A stretch of 64,000 nucleotides of DNA from contig CACLSX010000001.1 in the NCBI GenBank assembly GCA_902609705.1, positions 17,271 through 81,270 on the forward strand, written 5' to 3'. Both the position numbers and the translations under genes were made by a program. This DNA comes from an uncultured Pelagibacteraceae bacterium (GTDB taxonomy: Bacteria; Pseudomonadota; Alphaproteobacteria; Pelagibacterales; Pelagibacteraceae). Shown piece by piece: positions 29,076-39,897 of this stretch (position 1 is its first letter; each line of letters opens with the position of its first letter). The notes beneath the pieces are model-generated. The model was given only the letters and a program-made list of their open reading frames with translations, had not been told where the DNA came from and did not search any database.

Positions 29076-31229
29076 ATGGAATTTTTAAAAAAATATCCAA
29101 AAATATTTCAGTGGTTATTTCTATTAATTGTTTTCTTTGCTCTTTGTTTTGCTATTGATGTTCCAGAAACATATAAATTCATTAGAGGCCAAGCTGAATT
29201 CGTAAAAGACCCTAATCAAAGTAGTTATATATTTTTAGGCAAAGAAGTAAGATATTACGCCTTTGATGTTTTCTGGCGACTTCCTCCATTACTTGGATGG
29301 TTACCAATATGGATAAATGACTCCTTATTTTTCTTAATGAATGAGTGGATGCCAATGGAGTTTTGGAATGAGGACACTCAAGAATTTAAAACCAGACCAT
29401 TAGTTTTGCAAATTAGCAGAAATTTAACAGCTTTCATGACTTTTTTAATTGAATTAATTAGAGAAATTCTATTAGGTGGACTTGAAACAATTGTTGCCTT
29501 TACAAGTTGGGATTGGATCGATGCGAACCCTTGGGCAGAGTTACCTGGTCTACCTTGGACAATAGTTGCAGCTGGTTTTGCAATACTTGCTTATAAATTA
29601 AGTGGTATTGGACTCGCTTTATTTGCCGGTTTAACAATGGTTTACATTTCTATATTTGGACAATGGAAACCATCGATGCAAACACTCTCTTTTATTTTAG
29701 TTGCTGCGCCTCTATCTTTTATATTTGGGTTAAGCTTAGGTATTGCAGCTTATAAAAGTAAACGTGTAGAAAAAGCTCTATATCCAATTCTATTAGTTAT
29801 GCAAACAATGCCACAATATGCAGTATTAGTTCCTGCACTTGTTCTTTTTGGAGTCGGTGACCACGCTGCAGTAATTATAACTATGGTTGTTGCTGTTCCA
29901 CCCATGATATTACTCACTTTACTAGGATTGAGAGCTATTCCTCCAGAAGTAATTGAAGCTGGAAGAATGAGTGGTTGTAATAATTGGCAACTAATGTCTA
30001 AAGTGCTAATTCCAACGGCCAGACGAGATATTTTAATTGGCGTAAACCAGGTTATCATGGTGTGCTTTTCTATGGCTGTTATTTCAGCCTTCATTGGAGC
30101 GAAAGGTCTAGGTTTTAATTTATTGTTAGCACTAAATCAGCTTAATATCGGATTAGCATTAGAAGCTGGTCTTTGTATTAGTCTAATTGCAATTTTATTA
30201 GATAAAATGTCATTAGCATGGGCAAACAAGCAAGTTGATTATTTTGGCAATTTGAATTTTTTTCAAAGAAATAAAAATTTATTATTTTTTAGCATTACGA
30301 TCATAATTGGAATTTTACTCGCTTACTTTGGATCTGTTTATTTTAAAGGTGGCTACAATTATTTATTTGAAGTTCCACACAATAAAGGAATATCAACTGC
30401 TGAATTTTGGAATAAAGGTGTCGATTGGATTTTTGATACCTTCTTTGTTTATATAAAAGCATTTAATACATGGTTAATTCAAGAAGTGTTACAACCAATG
30501 AGGGCTTTGTATTTAAGGATGCCAGCTGTTGCTACATTAGTTCTAGTTGTTGGTGCAGGCTATTTAATTGGTGGAATTAGATCTGCTTTAGTAGTTTGTG
30601 GTTTGACATTATTCATAGCTCTAAGCCCTTGGTGGGATAGAGCCTTGGTAACTGCTTACATGGCAACATTTGGGGTAATTGTCTCTTGTATAATTGGTTT
30701 TACGGTTGGCACATTATGTTTTCAAAATAAACATTCCGCAAAATTTATGTTAGGGGTATGTGATATATTTCAAACATTTCCATCATTTGTTTATCTTATT
30801 CCTGTTATGATGCTTTTTGGAATAACTGACACTTCTGTTCTTATTGCTGTCATTGTTTATGCAACTATACCAGCAACCAGATACACAATTGAAGGGCTTA
30901 GAAGTGTTCCGGCAGGTTTACATGATGCAGCGACCATGTCTGGCGTGAATAAATTTCAAAGATTAACAAAAATAGAATTTCCTTTAGCATTCCCCCATAT
31001 GATGCTTGGTATAAATCAAACAATAGTGTTTGCATTATTTATGGTAATTATAGGGGCATTTATCGGCACAGAAGATTTGGGACAATATATTTTAAAAGCT
31101 TTATCAGATAAAAATGGTGCTGGTATTGGTTTAACTTTGGGTATTTGTGTAGCTTTTATAGGTTTAATCTTTGACAATTTGATAAGAACTTGGGTAGAAA
31201 AGAGAAAAAAACATCTAGGAATTGCTTAA
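29076..31229 (+). CDS. tmoV: Fused double ProW-type ABC permease
   Basis: Two permease units, each with a QT.P motif and an EAA-like loop (EAGRMSG; DAATMSG). Confidence 0.83.
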   Translation: MEFLKKYPKIFQWLFLLIVFFALCFAIDVPETYKFIRGQAEFVKDPNQSSYIFLGKEVRYYAFDVFWRLPPLLGWLPIWINDSLFFLMNEWMPMEFWNEDTQEFKTRPLVLQISRNLTAFMTFLIELIREILLGGLETIVAFTSWDWIDANPWAELPGLPWTIVAAGFAILAYKLSGIGLALFAGLTMVYISIFGQWKPSMQTLSFILVAAPLSFIFGLSLGIAAYKSKRVEKALYPILLVMQTMPQYAVLVPALVLFGVGDHAAVIITMVVAVPPMILLTLLGLRAIPPEVIEAGRMSGCNNWQLMSKVLIPTARRDILIGVNQVIMVCFSMAVISAFIGAKGLGFNLLLALNQLNIGLALEAGLCISLIAILLDKMSLAWANKQVDYFGNLNFFQRNKNLLFFSITIIIGILLAYFGSVYFKGGYNYLFEVPHNKGISTAEFWNKGVDWIFDTFFVYIKAFNTWLIQEVLQPMRALYLRMPAVATLVLVVGAGYLIGGIRSALVVCGLTLFIALSPWWDRALVTAYMATFGVIVSCIIGFTVGTLCFQNKHSAKFMLGVCDIFQTFPSFVYLIPVMMLFGITDTSVLIAVIVYATIPATRYTIEGLRSVPAGLHDAATMSGVNKFQRLTKIEFPLAFPHMMLGINQTIVFALFMVIIGAFIGTEDLGQYILKALSDKNGAGIGLTLGICVAFIGLIFDNLIRTWVEKRKKHLGIA

Positions 31230-31235
31230 GCTTAA

Positions 31236-32195
31236 ATGAGAAAAATTTTAATAATAGGCGGTGGCGCAATGGGATCTGCTTTTACTTTTCCATGTATAGA
31301 TAACAAAAATGAAGTAACTATCACAGAGCCTTACAATAAAACTTTTATTAAAAATTTGTCTTCAAAAAAGAAATATCATTCTAGTTTAAAAATAAATTTA
31401 CCCAATAAATTAAAATACAAAAAATATTCAACTCATTTGTTAAAGAATAAATATGATTTAGTTGTTGTTGCGTTAAGTTTATCAGGAATAAATTTTATTA
31501 GTGAAGAATTTAGAAAATCAAACATCAAAAGCCCAATTCTTATTCTTACTAAAGGTTTAAAGTATGAGAAAAAAAAACAGAAAATTTTTACTATTTCAGA
31601 GGATATAAAGAAAACTAATAAAAATATAAATGTTTCAGTTTTAAAAGGACCTTGCTTAGCAAAAGAACTTTCAAATAAAAAACAAACAAGTGTGATTGTT
31701 GCTAATAAGAATATCAAAACCGCAAAAAAAATTTGTAATATGATAACTACAAAATACTATTTAACCGAAACTTCGAAAGATGTTATTGGAGTTGAGATCT
31801 GTTCTTCAATTAAAAATATTTATTCAATGATTATTGGGGCTGGTGATAGTTTAAATATGTCTTCAAGTTTATTTAAAAAATCTATAAATGAGATGATATA
31901 TATTACTAAATATTTTAAAGGAAAAATTGAGACTGCTCTTGGATTGGCTGGAGTTGGAGATCTATACGTCAGTGCTGCTGGTGGTAGAAATAGTAAAATG
32001 GGAAGTTACTTAGGGCAAGGCTATACATTTAACAATGCTAAAAGAAAATTTATGACCAATGAAACTGTAGAGGGAGAGCAACTTGCAAGAGAAATTGCTC
32101 CATTTGTATTAAAAAAAATTCAACAAAAAAAAATCCCTTTGATGACAAAATTAATTAAATCTATAATTAATAATAAAAAATTAATATTAAATTAA
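31236..32195 (+). CDS. NAD(P)H-dependent glycerol-3-phosphate dehydrogenase family, divergent
   Basis: IIGGGAMG, LTKG, GP.LAKE, KNIY, GLAGVGDL, GRN, TVEG. Confidence 0.75.
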   Translation: MRKILIIGGGAMGSAFTFPCIDNKNEVTITEPYNKTFIKNLSSKKKYHSSLKINLPNKLKYKKYSTHLLKNKYDLVVVALSLSGINFISEEFRKSNIKSPILILTKGLKYEKKKQKIFTISEDIKKTNKNINVSVLKGPCLAKELSNKKQTSVIVANKNIKTAKKICNMITTKYYLTETSKDVIGVEICSSIKNIYSMIIGAGDSLNMSSSLFKKSINEMIYITKYFKGKIETALGLAGVGDLYVSAAGGRNSKMGSYLGQGYTFNNAKRKFMTNETVEGEQLAREIAPFVLKKIQQKKIPLMTKLIKSIINNKKLILN

Positions 32196-32197
32196 AA

Positions 32198-33283
32198 ATG
32201 GCTAGTATTAAAATAGATAAAATAAATAAGTATTTTGGAAGTACACACGTTATCAAAGATGTTTCTCTAGATATAAAAAGCGAGTCTTTTACTGTTCTTG
32301 TAGGACCAAGTGGTTGTGGTAAATCTACAATTTTAAGAATGATTGCTGGTTTAGAAGAAATTAACTCTGGCACAATATCTATTGACGATAAAGTTGTTAA
32401 CGATCTGCCACCTAAAGAAAGAAATATTGCAATGGTATTTCAATCTTATGCTCTTTACCCTCATATGACAGTATTTGATAATATGGCTTTTGGTTTAAAG
32501 ATTGAAAAAAAATCAAAAGAAGAGATAGAGCAAAGAGTAATGGAGGCTGCTAAAATTCTACAAATAGAAGAGTACCTAGAGAGAAAACCTAAACAATTAT
32601 CTGGAGGACAACGTCAAAGAGTGGCTATAGGTAGAGCTATTACAAGAAAACCAAAAGTTTTCTTATTTGATGAACCATTATCTAATTTAGATGCAGCTCT
32701 AAGAGTACAAATGAGAGTAGAATTGGCAAAATTACATGATCAACTTAATGCAACAATGATTTACGTAACTCATGATCAAACTGAAGCCATGACACTTGCA
32801 AATGATATTGTTGTATTGGATCAAGGTATAGTTTCACAAAAGGGATCACCCATGAACTTATATAATAACCCAGATAATTTGTTTGTTGGGGGTTTTATCG
32901 GATCTCCAAAAATGAATTTTATAGATAGTAAAATTTTAAGTAAAAGTTCAAAGAGTTCTGAAGTAGATATAATGGGGACTGGAAAGTTAAATGTACCAAA
33001 AATTTCTGAGAATACTCAAGAAGGGGATAGTATAAAAATTGGAATAAGACCAGAGCACTTAATATTAAACGCAGATTCAGATTCTTTGTGGGAAAGCAAG
33101 GTTTTCGTCGTAGAAAAATTAGGGTCAGGAACATATTTATATTTGGAGAAAGAGGGAGATCCTCTTGTTGTACAAACTGATGGAGACACAAATATTAAAG
33201 TAGGTGACACTGTTAAAATAGGTTTTGATCCATTTCGTTGCCATTTATTTGATAATAAAGGTATTTCTTTTAAAAATTCCTAA
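32198..33283 (+). CDS. MalK-type sugar ABC ATPase
   Basis: GPSGCGKST, VFQSYALYPHM, LSGGQRQR, DEPLSNLDA, FIGSPKMN. Confidence 0.93.
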   Translation: MASIKIDKINKYFGSTHVIKDVSLDIKSESFTVLVGPSGCGKSTILRMIAGLEEINSGTISIDDKVVNDLPPKERNIAMVFQSYALYPHMTVFDNMAFGLKIEKKSKEEIEQRVMEAAKILQIEEYLERKPKQLSGGQRQRVAIGRAITRKPKVFLFDEPLSNLDAALRVQMRVELAKLHDQLNATMIYVTHDQTEAMTLANDIVVLDQGIVSQKGSPMNLYNNPDNLFVGGFIGSPKMNFIDSKILSKSSKSSEVDIMGTGKLNVPKISENTQEGDSIKIGIRPEHLILNADSDSLWESKVFVVEKLGSGTYLYLEKEGDPLVVQTDGDTNIKVGDTVKIGFDPFRCHLFDNKGISFKNS

Positions 33284-33395
33284 ATCAATCTCAGGTAGTA
33301 TTGTGTAAATTACATACTTGTTATTCTTCTTTTAAATGTTCATTATGTGTTAATTTTTAAATAACTTTAGAAAACAAGAAAAAAGAGGGGAATAT

Positions 33396-34724
33396 ATGTT
33401 TAAAAATATATTAATAACAATCTCTGCAATAGCTTTTGTTTTTAATTCAATCGCATTTGCAGATATCAAATTCTGGACGACAGAAACTCAACCAGCAAGG
33501 ATGGCTAAGCAAGAAGAGATGGCAAAAGCTTTTGAAGCCAAAACTGGAATTGGAGTTGAAGTTATTCCTATTGATGAAAAAGATCTAGGAACAAGAGCTA
33601 CAGCGGCAGCGGCAGCGGGAGATCTTCCTGATGTAATTTATCATACACTACAGTATGTATTACCATGGGCTGAAGCAGGAATTTTAGACGTTGATGCAAA
33701 TAATGATATCGTTAACTCACTTGGAAAGAAAACTTTTGCTCCAGGTGCTTTAAAGATGGCTAAAAAAGGTGGCAAAATTGCTGCTGTACCAGTAGATGGC
33801 TGGACGCAAATGGTTGTATACAGAAAAGATTTATTTGCAGCTGCTGGTTTAGAACCACCAACTACATACGCAAACATCGAGAAAGCAATAGATGCTTTAT
33901 CTAGTAATGATATGTTTGGATTTGTTGCGGCAACTAAAACTGACGAAAACTTTATGAGTCAAGTTTTAGAACATGTCATGCTTGCAAACGGTGTTAATAT
34001 TGTAAAAAAAGGTGGAACAAAAAAACAAGGAAGAGCTTTAAAAAATTCTTTACAGTTTTATAAAAAATTAGCTAAAGCTAGTCCTCCAGGAGAACTTTAT
34101 TGGAAACAATCAAGAGAACTTTATTTTGCTGGTAAAACACCAATGATAATATGGTCACCATTTATTATGGATGAATTAGCTGGTTTAAGAGACTCAGCTC
34201 CACCAACAATTAATAGCGACCCTACTTCACCAGAGTTGGCATCTAAAACTGGTTTTATAACTAATTTTAGTGGACCAAATAATGTAAAAGGTGCAGCTTG
34301 GGCTGATGTTAGATACTTTGGTGTAACTGCAGATGCAGATACCGATGAAGCTAAACAGTTTATTCTTTATTCAATGGATGAAGGATACACAAGTACTTTA
34401 TCTATAGCGCCAGAAGGTAAGTTTCCTGTAAGAAGAGGTAATGCGAGTGATCCAAATGCATTTACAACAGCTTGGAGTAAACTACCTGTTGGAGTTGATA
34501 GAAAAGCTCCTTTAACAGATCTATATTCTGCAGATGTAATAAATAACATTGTTGCTGGTTTAGATACTGCTAACAGATGGGGAGTAAAAGAAGGCGAACT
34601 ATCTAGAGCATCTAAAATTATTAACAATAAGTTTATAAATAGAATCACTAGACAATATATTGATGATCAATTGACGCTAGATGAAGCAGTAGATGAAATT
34701 AATACTGTGCTAGCTAGCTTCTAG
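33396..34724 (+). CDS. Carbohydrate ABC substrate-binding protein (CUT1)
   Basis: Signal peptide; AGDLPDV, YRKDLF..AGLEPP; SD AGAGGGG. Confidence 0.88.
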   Translation: MFKNILITISAIAFVFNSIAFADIKFWTTETQPARMAKQEEMAKAFEAKTGIGVEVIPIDEKDLGTRATAAAAAGDLPDVIYHTLQYVLPWAEAGILDVDANNDIVNSLGKKTFAPGALKMAKKGGKIAAVPVDGWTQMVVYRKDLFAAAGLEPPTTYANIEKAIDALSSNDMFGFVAATKTDENFMSQVLEHVMLANGVNIVKKGGTKKQGRALKNSLQFYKKLAKASPPGELYWKQSRELYFAGKTPMIIWSPFIMDELAGLRDSAPPTINSDPTSPELASKTGFITNFSGPNNVKGAAWADVRYFGVTADADTDEAKQFILYSMDEGYTSTLSIAPEGKFPVRRGNASDPNAFTTAWSKLPVGVDRKAPLTDLYSADVINNIVAGLDTANRWGVKEGELSRASKIINNKFINRITRQYIDDQLTLDEAVDEINTVLASF

Positions 34725-34738
34725 TAATTTAAAAAATT

Positions 34739-34775
34739 AAAAAAAGCGGGTAATATTAATTATCCGCTTTTTTTT
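34739..34775 (+). terminator. Hairpin/terminator between SBP and permease
   Basis: AAAAAGCGGGTAAT-atta-ATTATCCGCTTTTT then T run, ending right at the permease ATG. Confidence 0.75.
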
Positions 34776-36035
34776 ATGAGTACAAAACTTGCAAAAATTG
34801 AAAAAAGAACAGCTTATCTATTAATATTACCATCGGTTCTTTTAGTATTTTCTATAATATTATTTCCAATATTTTCTAATATTTGGATAAGTTTTAAAAA
34901 TGTAGAACTTAAAGATTTAAGAATTCCAGAACCAAGAGCAAAAAAATTAGTAAAATCAATTAAAGAAAATCCTAATCAAATAAAAGTAATTTATAAATTA
35001 AGAAATAGTTCTCTTACTCAAGAAATTACAAATGTAAAATTTAAAGATAAATATCCTGATAATATTGAACCAATAAGTTTAAATAATAAATGTCAATTTA
35101 AATCAAATTTACTTAAGTGTGAGTTAGGTAATTGGCCAAAAAAATATCGAGAAAATTTAGAAATAGTATTTCAAAATACTAATAATCAAGAAATCTCTAA
35201 GAAGGAACTAAAATCTTATAAACCTAAACTGTCAGGTAAGTCACAAAATATATTATTAACTTATGAATTTACTTTAAATAATTTCAAAAAAGTAATTAAA
35301 GACAAAGCGTTTATTGATCTATTATCAACAACTTTTTATTATACTTTTTTTGGAACAATAGGTGCAATAGTTTTTGGAATTTTAGCTGCACAAATGGTAA
35401 ATCAAAAATTTTTTGGAAGAACATTTATGAGAAGTGTTCTTTTATTTCCTTATGTTGCACCAGTTGTTGCTCTTGCTTATACCTGGGAACTTTTACTTGA
35501 TCCAACAAGTGGAACTTTAAATAATTTGTTAATTAACTATCAAATTATTGATGGACCAATAAATTTACTAGGACAAAAATATGTAACTTTAAACATATTT
35601 GGTTTTGATTTTAAGTTGAGGTTAGCATTAACAACAGTAATTATTTTTGAAATTTGGAGATATTTTCCTCTAGCATTTTTATTTATTCTTGCTCGTCTTC
35701 AAGCAGTTCCAAAAGAGTTGTATGAGGCAGCTGATGTTGATGGTGCAAATCCTACCCAAAAATTTCTTAATATTACTTTACCCCAAATATTAGCAGTGAT
35801 TTCAATTTTATTTATGATTAGATTTATTTGGAATTTTAATAAATTTGAAGACATCTTTTTACTCACTGGCGGGGCATCAGGTACAAGAACATTGCCAATC
35901 AATGTATATCAACAAGGTTTTTCAATCGGGGATATTGGTATGGGTTCTGCAGTTTCTATTGTGATTGTAGTGTTTCTTTTAATTTTTATGTTTATCTATT
36001 TTAAACTTTTAGGAAAAAGAGCTGATGAAAATTAA
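34776..36035 (+). CDS. Sugar ABC permease (MalF-like) with inserted periplasmic domain
   Basis: LLFPYVAP, WRYFP, EAA loop LYEAADVDGA, GG....T.TL. Confidence 0.88.
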   Translation: MSTKLAKIEKRTAYLLILPSVLLVFSIILFPIFSNIWISFKNVELKDLRIPEPRAKKLVKSIKENPNQIKVIYKLRNSSLTQEITNVKFKDKYPDNIEPISLNNKCQFKSNLLKCELGNWPKKYRENLEIVFQNTNNQEISKKELKSYKPKLSGKSQNILLTYEFTLNNFKKVIKDKAFIDLLSTTFYYTFFGTIGAIVFGILAAQMVNQKFFGRTFMRSVLLFPYVAPVVALAYTWELLLDPTSGTLNNLLINYQIIDGPINLLGQKYVTLNIFGFDFKLRLALTTVIIFEIWRYFPLAFLFILARLQAVPKELYEAADVDGANPTQKFLNITLPQILAVISILFMIRFIWNFNKFEDIFLLTGGASGTRTLPINVYQQGFSIGDIGMGSAVSIVIVVFLLIFMFIYFKLLGKRADEN

Positions 36036-37218
36036 AAATATATTTACTTATTGTTTTATTTCATCATTATTTTTATTTTCATTAATTTGTATTTGGAAAA
36101 TCTTAGTAACATTACAAGGCATTGAATTAACAAATTTTAATTTTAATAAATTATTTATATTTGGAATAATTCTTTGTGTAATAAATCTTCTTATTGGGAA
36201 AAAATTAAATTTAAATATCAAAATAATTTTACTAGCACTTTTATTTTCTATCTTTGATTATTTCATCTCAACAAATTTACCTATTTGGTATAGTTTTGGC
36301 ATATTCTTAATTTCATTATTCTTTTTCAATAATATAAAAGATTACGACAAAAACTTTTTGTCAAAAAATCATTCATCTCAAAAATTATTCTTTAATTTTT
36401 TAACATTATTTGGAATTACTCTTTTCTCTTTTGTAATTCTTTTCCCTTTTTACATGATGTTAGTTACAAGCTTTAAAACCCAAGCGATATTATTATTGAA
36501 CCCCTTAGACTTTAGTATTAACTTTGCACAAGGATTGCCAGAGTTGTTCAAATCTTATTTTATAGTATTTAAAGATTATAATTTTGGAAGATATATGCTA
36601 ACGAGCACAATAGTCTCCTTAGGCACAGTCATTATAACATTAATTTTTGCAATACCGGCTGCTTACGCAGTTGCAAGACTTAATTTCTTTGGAAAAAATT
36701 TTTTATCAACATCCATATTGATAATTTATTTGTTTCCAGCGATAGTTTTAGTGATACCTTTATATACAATTTTTAGTCAACTAGGTTTGAGAAATTCTAT
36801 TGAAGGTTTACTGATAGTTTATACAGCTACGACTTTACCTGTAGCAATATATATGTTGCAAGGTTACTTTAAAAGTATACCAAAAGAATTAGAAGAAGCA
36901 GGGATAATAGATGGTCAAAATTGGCTTGGTATAATTTTTAAAATTATACTTCCGCTAAGTTTACCTGCAATATCATCTGTAGCTTTGTATGTATTTATGA
37001 TAGCTTGGAATGAATTTTTATTTTCATTAATGTTTTTAGACCGGCCAAATACGTTCACATTATCAAGAGCTATTCAGTTTCTGAATGTTGGAGCTGAAAC
37101 ACCTAGACAATATTTGATGGCAGGGTCTGTAGTAGTAACTTTACCTATTTTAATAATTTTTGTTTATTTTGAAAAATATTTAGTAAGCGGTCTTACCGCT
37201 GGAAGTGTTAAAGGATAA
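36025..37218 (+). CDS. Sugar ABC permease (MalG-like) with extra N-terminal TM region
   Basis: FPFYMM..TSFK, AAYAVAR, ELEEAGIIDG, AWNEFL, GLTAGSVKG. Confidence 0.88.
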   Translation: MKIKNIFTYCFISSLFLFSLICIWKILVTLQGIELTNFNFNKLFIFGIILCVINLLIGKKLNLNIKIILLALLFSIFDYFISTNLPIWYSFGIFLISLFFFNNIKDYDKNFLSKNHSSQKLFFNFLTLFGITLFSFVILFPFYMMLVTSFKTQAILLLNPLDFSINFAQGLPELFKSYFIVFKDYNFGRYMLTSTIVSLGTVIITLIFAIPAAYAVARLNFFGKNFLSTSILIIYLFPAIVLVIPLYTIFSQLGLRNSIEGLLIVYTATTLPVAIYMLQGYFKSIPKELEEAGIIDGQNWLGIIFKIILPLSLPAISSVALYVFMIAWNEFLFSLMFLDRPNTFTLSRAIQFLNVGAETPRQYLMAGSVVVTLPILIIFVYFEKYLVSGLTAGSVKG

Positions 37219-38477
37219 TGCTTAATAAAGTAGAAGAGGCAAAAAAAATATTATTAGGTAATAGAAAAAATGGTTACACACTTCCTACTAATAACAAATT
37301 ATATCCCGCTCAATGGAATTGGGACTCAGCATTTATAGCGCTCGGTTATTCTTACTTTAATTTAGATTTTTCAATTACAGAAATTGAAACTTTGCTTAAT
37401 GGTCAGTGGGATGATGGTATGGTACCTCACATTCTTTTTCATGATAAAGATACATCTTATTTTCCAAATCATACGACTTGGAAATGTGGAAAAAATATTC
37501 CATCATCAGGTATTACTCAGCCACCAGTTTTAGCCAGTATTTTGAGGAAAATTGTTGAAAAAAATCAACTTAGTAATGAACAACATTCAAGAATTGTAAA
37601 TATAATAAAAAAAATTAAAAATTATCATGATTGGTTCATAAAATTCAGAGATCCTAATAAAACCGGCCTTGTATCCATATTACATCCTTGGGAGAGCGGG
37701 TATGATAATTCACCAATTTGGGATCAGCCAATGAGCAATATCAAAGTAGATAAAGACCTTAATTATAAAAGAAGAGACCTTGAAGTTTCAAACTCTGATG
37801 AGAGACCTTTAAAAACTGATTATGATAGATATGTAACTTTAAGAGATCAATTTAGTGATGTTCAGTATGATCCACATAAATTGTATAAGATTTCTGATTT
37901 TAATGTAGTAGATGTTGGATTTAATGCTTTATTTTTGAGAGCAAATAAAGATCTACTTAGCTTAGCTAAAAATTTTGATTTAAATTTTGATGATTTAAAT
38001 AATTTTGTATCCAAAACTGAAAATGGAATCTTAAAATTATATGATGATAATATTAATGATTTTGTCTCAAAAGATTTAAAAACTAACTTGAATATCGTTG
38101 TTCCATCAATAACAAATTATTTTACTCTCTATGCAAATTTACAAGATGATGAATTAAATAAAAAAATTATTAATAATTTAAAAAATCATAATATTAATGA
38201 CAATTACTATTTCTCAACAATAAAACCAAATCATCCTTCATTTGAAGAAAAAAGATATTGGAGAGGTCCAATATGGATAAATTGTAATTGGTTGATTTAT
38301 CAAGGACTTATCAAAAAAGAGCCAGAATATGCAAATGAAATCAAAAAAAAAACTTTAGAATTAATTGAAGAAAAAGGTTTCCATGAATATTACAGTTATA
38401 AAGATGGATCAGTTATGGGCGCAAATAATTTCTCATGGAGCGCAGCTTTATATTTAGACCTGGTTCTAGAAAATTAG
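37218..38477 (+). CDS. GH63-type glycoside hydrolase (mannosyl/glucosyl-glycerate hydrolase-like)
   Basis: LYPAQWNWDSAF, GMVPHI, SGITQPP, HPWESG.DNSP.WD, YWRGPIWIN.NW, FHEYY, FSWSAA. Confidence 0.85.
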   Translation: MLNKVEEAKKILLGNRKNGYTLPTNNKLYPAQWNWDSAFIALGYSYFNLDFSITEIETLLNGQWDDGMVPHILFHDKDTSYFPNHTTWKCGKNIPSSGITQPPVLASILRKIVEKNQLSNEQHSRIVNIIKKIKNYHDWFIKFRDPNKTGLVSILHPWESGYDNSPIWDQPMSNIKVDKDLNYKRRDLEVSNSDERPLKTDYDRYVTLRDQFSDVQYDPHKLYKISDFNVVDVGFNALFLRANKDLLSLAKNFDLNFDDLNNFVSKTENGILKLYDDNINDFVSKDLKTNLNIVVPSITNYFTLYANLQDDELNKKIINNLKNHNINDNYYFSTIKPNHPSFEEKRYWRGPIWINCNWLIYQGLIKKEPEYANEIKKKTLELIEEKGFHEYYSYKDGSVMGANNFSWSAALYLDLVLEN

Positions 38478-38486
38478 ATTAGATTT

Positions 38487-39821
38487 TTAGTTCTTATTTA
38501 GAAATGTTTCAGAGGAGTCGTCCATTGCTTTTGCCCAAGCTGTATGATGAACAGGAGCTACAGATCCAGTCACTGGAGATGAAAAAGATTTATTTCTATA
38601 CGTAGATATATCTTCAACCTTATGATGTTCCCATTCTTTAAAATGTTTTCTGATTAGTTCAAAATCTATTTTTGGATAATCCGACATCTCATGTAATTCT
38701 TTTGTATATTCAGTCTGAAAATCAATCATCTGATCAGGATTTTCTAGTTTTTCCTCTAAAGCAACCCATTTATTAATATCTTTTTCAATATCCCCTCCAC
38801 TTGGCATACTTATTTTCCCCATTATAACATCTCTTGCATACCAAGCTTGGCAATCGAACATATTAAATGTGTGAAACTGGTCTTGCATTCCTAGATACAA
38901 AAGTTTGTGATTATCTTGCCAAACAATACCTTTGTATAATTTTGGGGGATAGAGTCTATTTCTTGTTTTAAGTTTTAAATTTTCTTCCAAGAAAGGAAAA
39001 TGATGTAGGTAACCAGTACATAGAATTATTACATCTGCATTTTGTTCGGTTCCATCTTTAAAAATTGCTTTTTTTCCCTCTAATCTATCTAAATAGAATA
39101 CTTCCTTCATTCCTTCGGGCCATTTAAAACCCATAGGATTATGCCTGTAGCCAATTGTTACACTTTTTGCTCCATATTTATTGCATTGAAGCGCAATATC
39201 CTCAGCTGAATAACTACTTCCTAAAACTATAATATTTTTTCCTCTAAATTCTTCTGCATCTCTAAAATCATGTGAGTGCATTATTCTTCCAGGAAATGAA
39301 CTCATACCTTTATATTCGGGTATAAAAGGAACTGAAAAATGACCAGTCGACACTACAACGTAATCAAAATGATCAGTTAAAATTTTATCTTTTTCTTTAT
39401 CTTGATAGCTAACTTCAAATTTATCTGATTTAAAAACTGTATTAACTACTCTTGTATTAAATTTAATTTTATTTCTTAAATTTCCTTTACTTACTCTACT
39501 CGTGATATAATCATAAAGTACTTCTCTAGGTGGAAAAGATGGAATTGGCTTACCAAAGTGTTCATCAAAAGAATAATCTGCAAATTCAAGACACTCTTTA
39601 GGTCCGTTCGACCAAAGATATCTATACATGCTATTATGAACTGGATCTCCATATTGGTCAGATCCTGTTCTCCAGCTATAATTCCAAAGTCCGCCCCAAT
39701 CACTTTGTTTTTCAAAGCAAACTATTTCAGGGATCTTATCTCCTTTTTTTTCGGCATGTTCAAAAGCCCTCAGTATTGATAAACCACAAGGTCCAGCACC
39801 AATTATAGCGACTTTAGTCAT
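38487..39821 (-). CDS. tmm: Trimethylamine monooxygenase (bacterial FMO)
   Basis: IIGAGPCG, WGGLWNY.WRTG.D..G.PVH.SMYRYLWSNGPKECLEF, FPGRIMHSHDFR, GSSYSAED. Confidence 0.93.
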   Translation of the reverse strand: MTKVAIIGAGPCGLSILRAFEHAEKKGDKIPEIVCFEKQSDWGGLWNYSWRTGSDQYGDPVHNSMYRYLWSNGPKECLEFADYSFDEHFGKPIPSFPPREVLYDYITSRVSKGNLRNKIKFNTRVVNTVFKSDKFEVSYQDKEKDKILTDHFDYVVVSTGHFSVPFIPEYKGMSSFPGRIMHSHDFRDAEEFRGKNIIVLGSSYSAEDIALQCNKYGAKSVTIGYRHNPMGFKWPEGMKEVFYLDRLEGKKAIFKDGTEQNADVIILCTGYLHHFPFLEENLKLKTRNRLYPPKLYKGIVWQDNHKLLYLGMQDQFHTFNMFDCQAWYARDVIMGKISMPSGGDIEKDINKWVALEEKLENPDQMIDFQTEYTKELHEMSDYPKIDFELIRKHFKEWEHHKVEDISTYRNKSFSSPVTGSVAPVHHTAWAKAMDDSSETFLNKN

Positions 39822-39897
39822 GATATTTTTTCCTCTACAATTAAAATTATAAATATATTGTACTAAGAAAAATAGAAAAATTAAATATTATTTTAAT

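Noticed and set aside
33304-33314. TGTAA-A-TTACA palindrome upstream of the sugar SBP
   Set aside because: Short, AT-rich, single copy, and no regulator gene in the cassette; cannot be distinguished from chance
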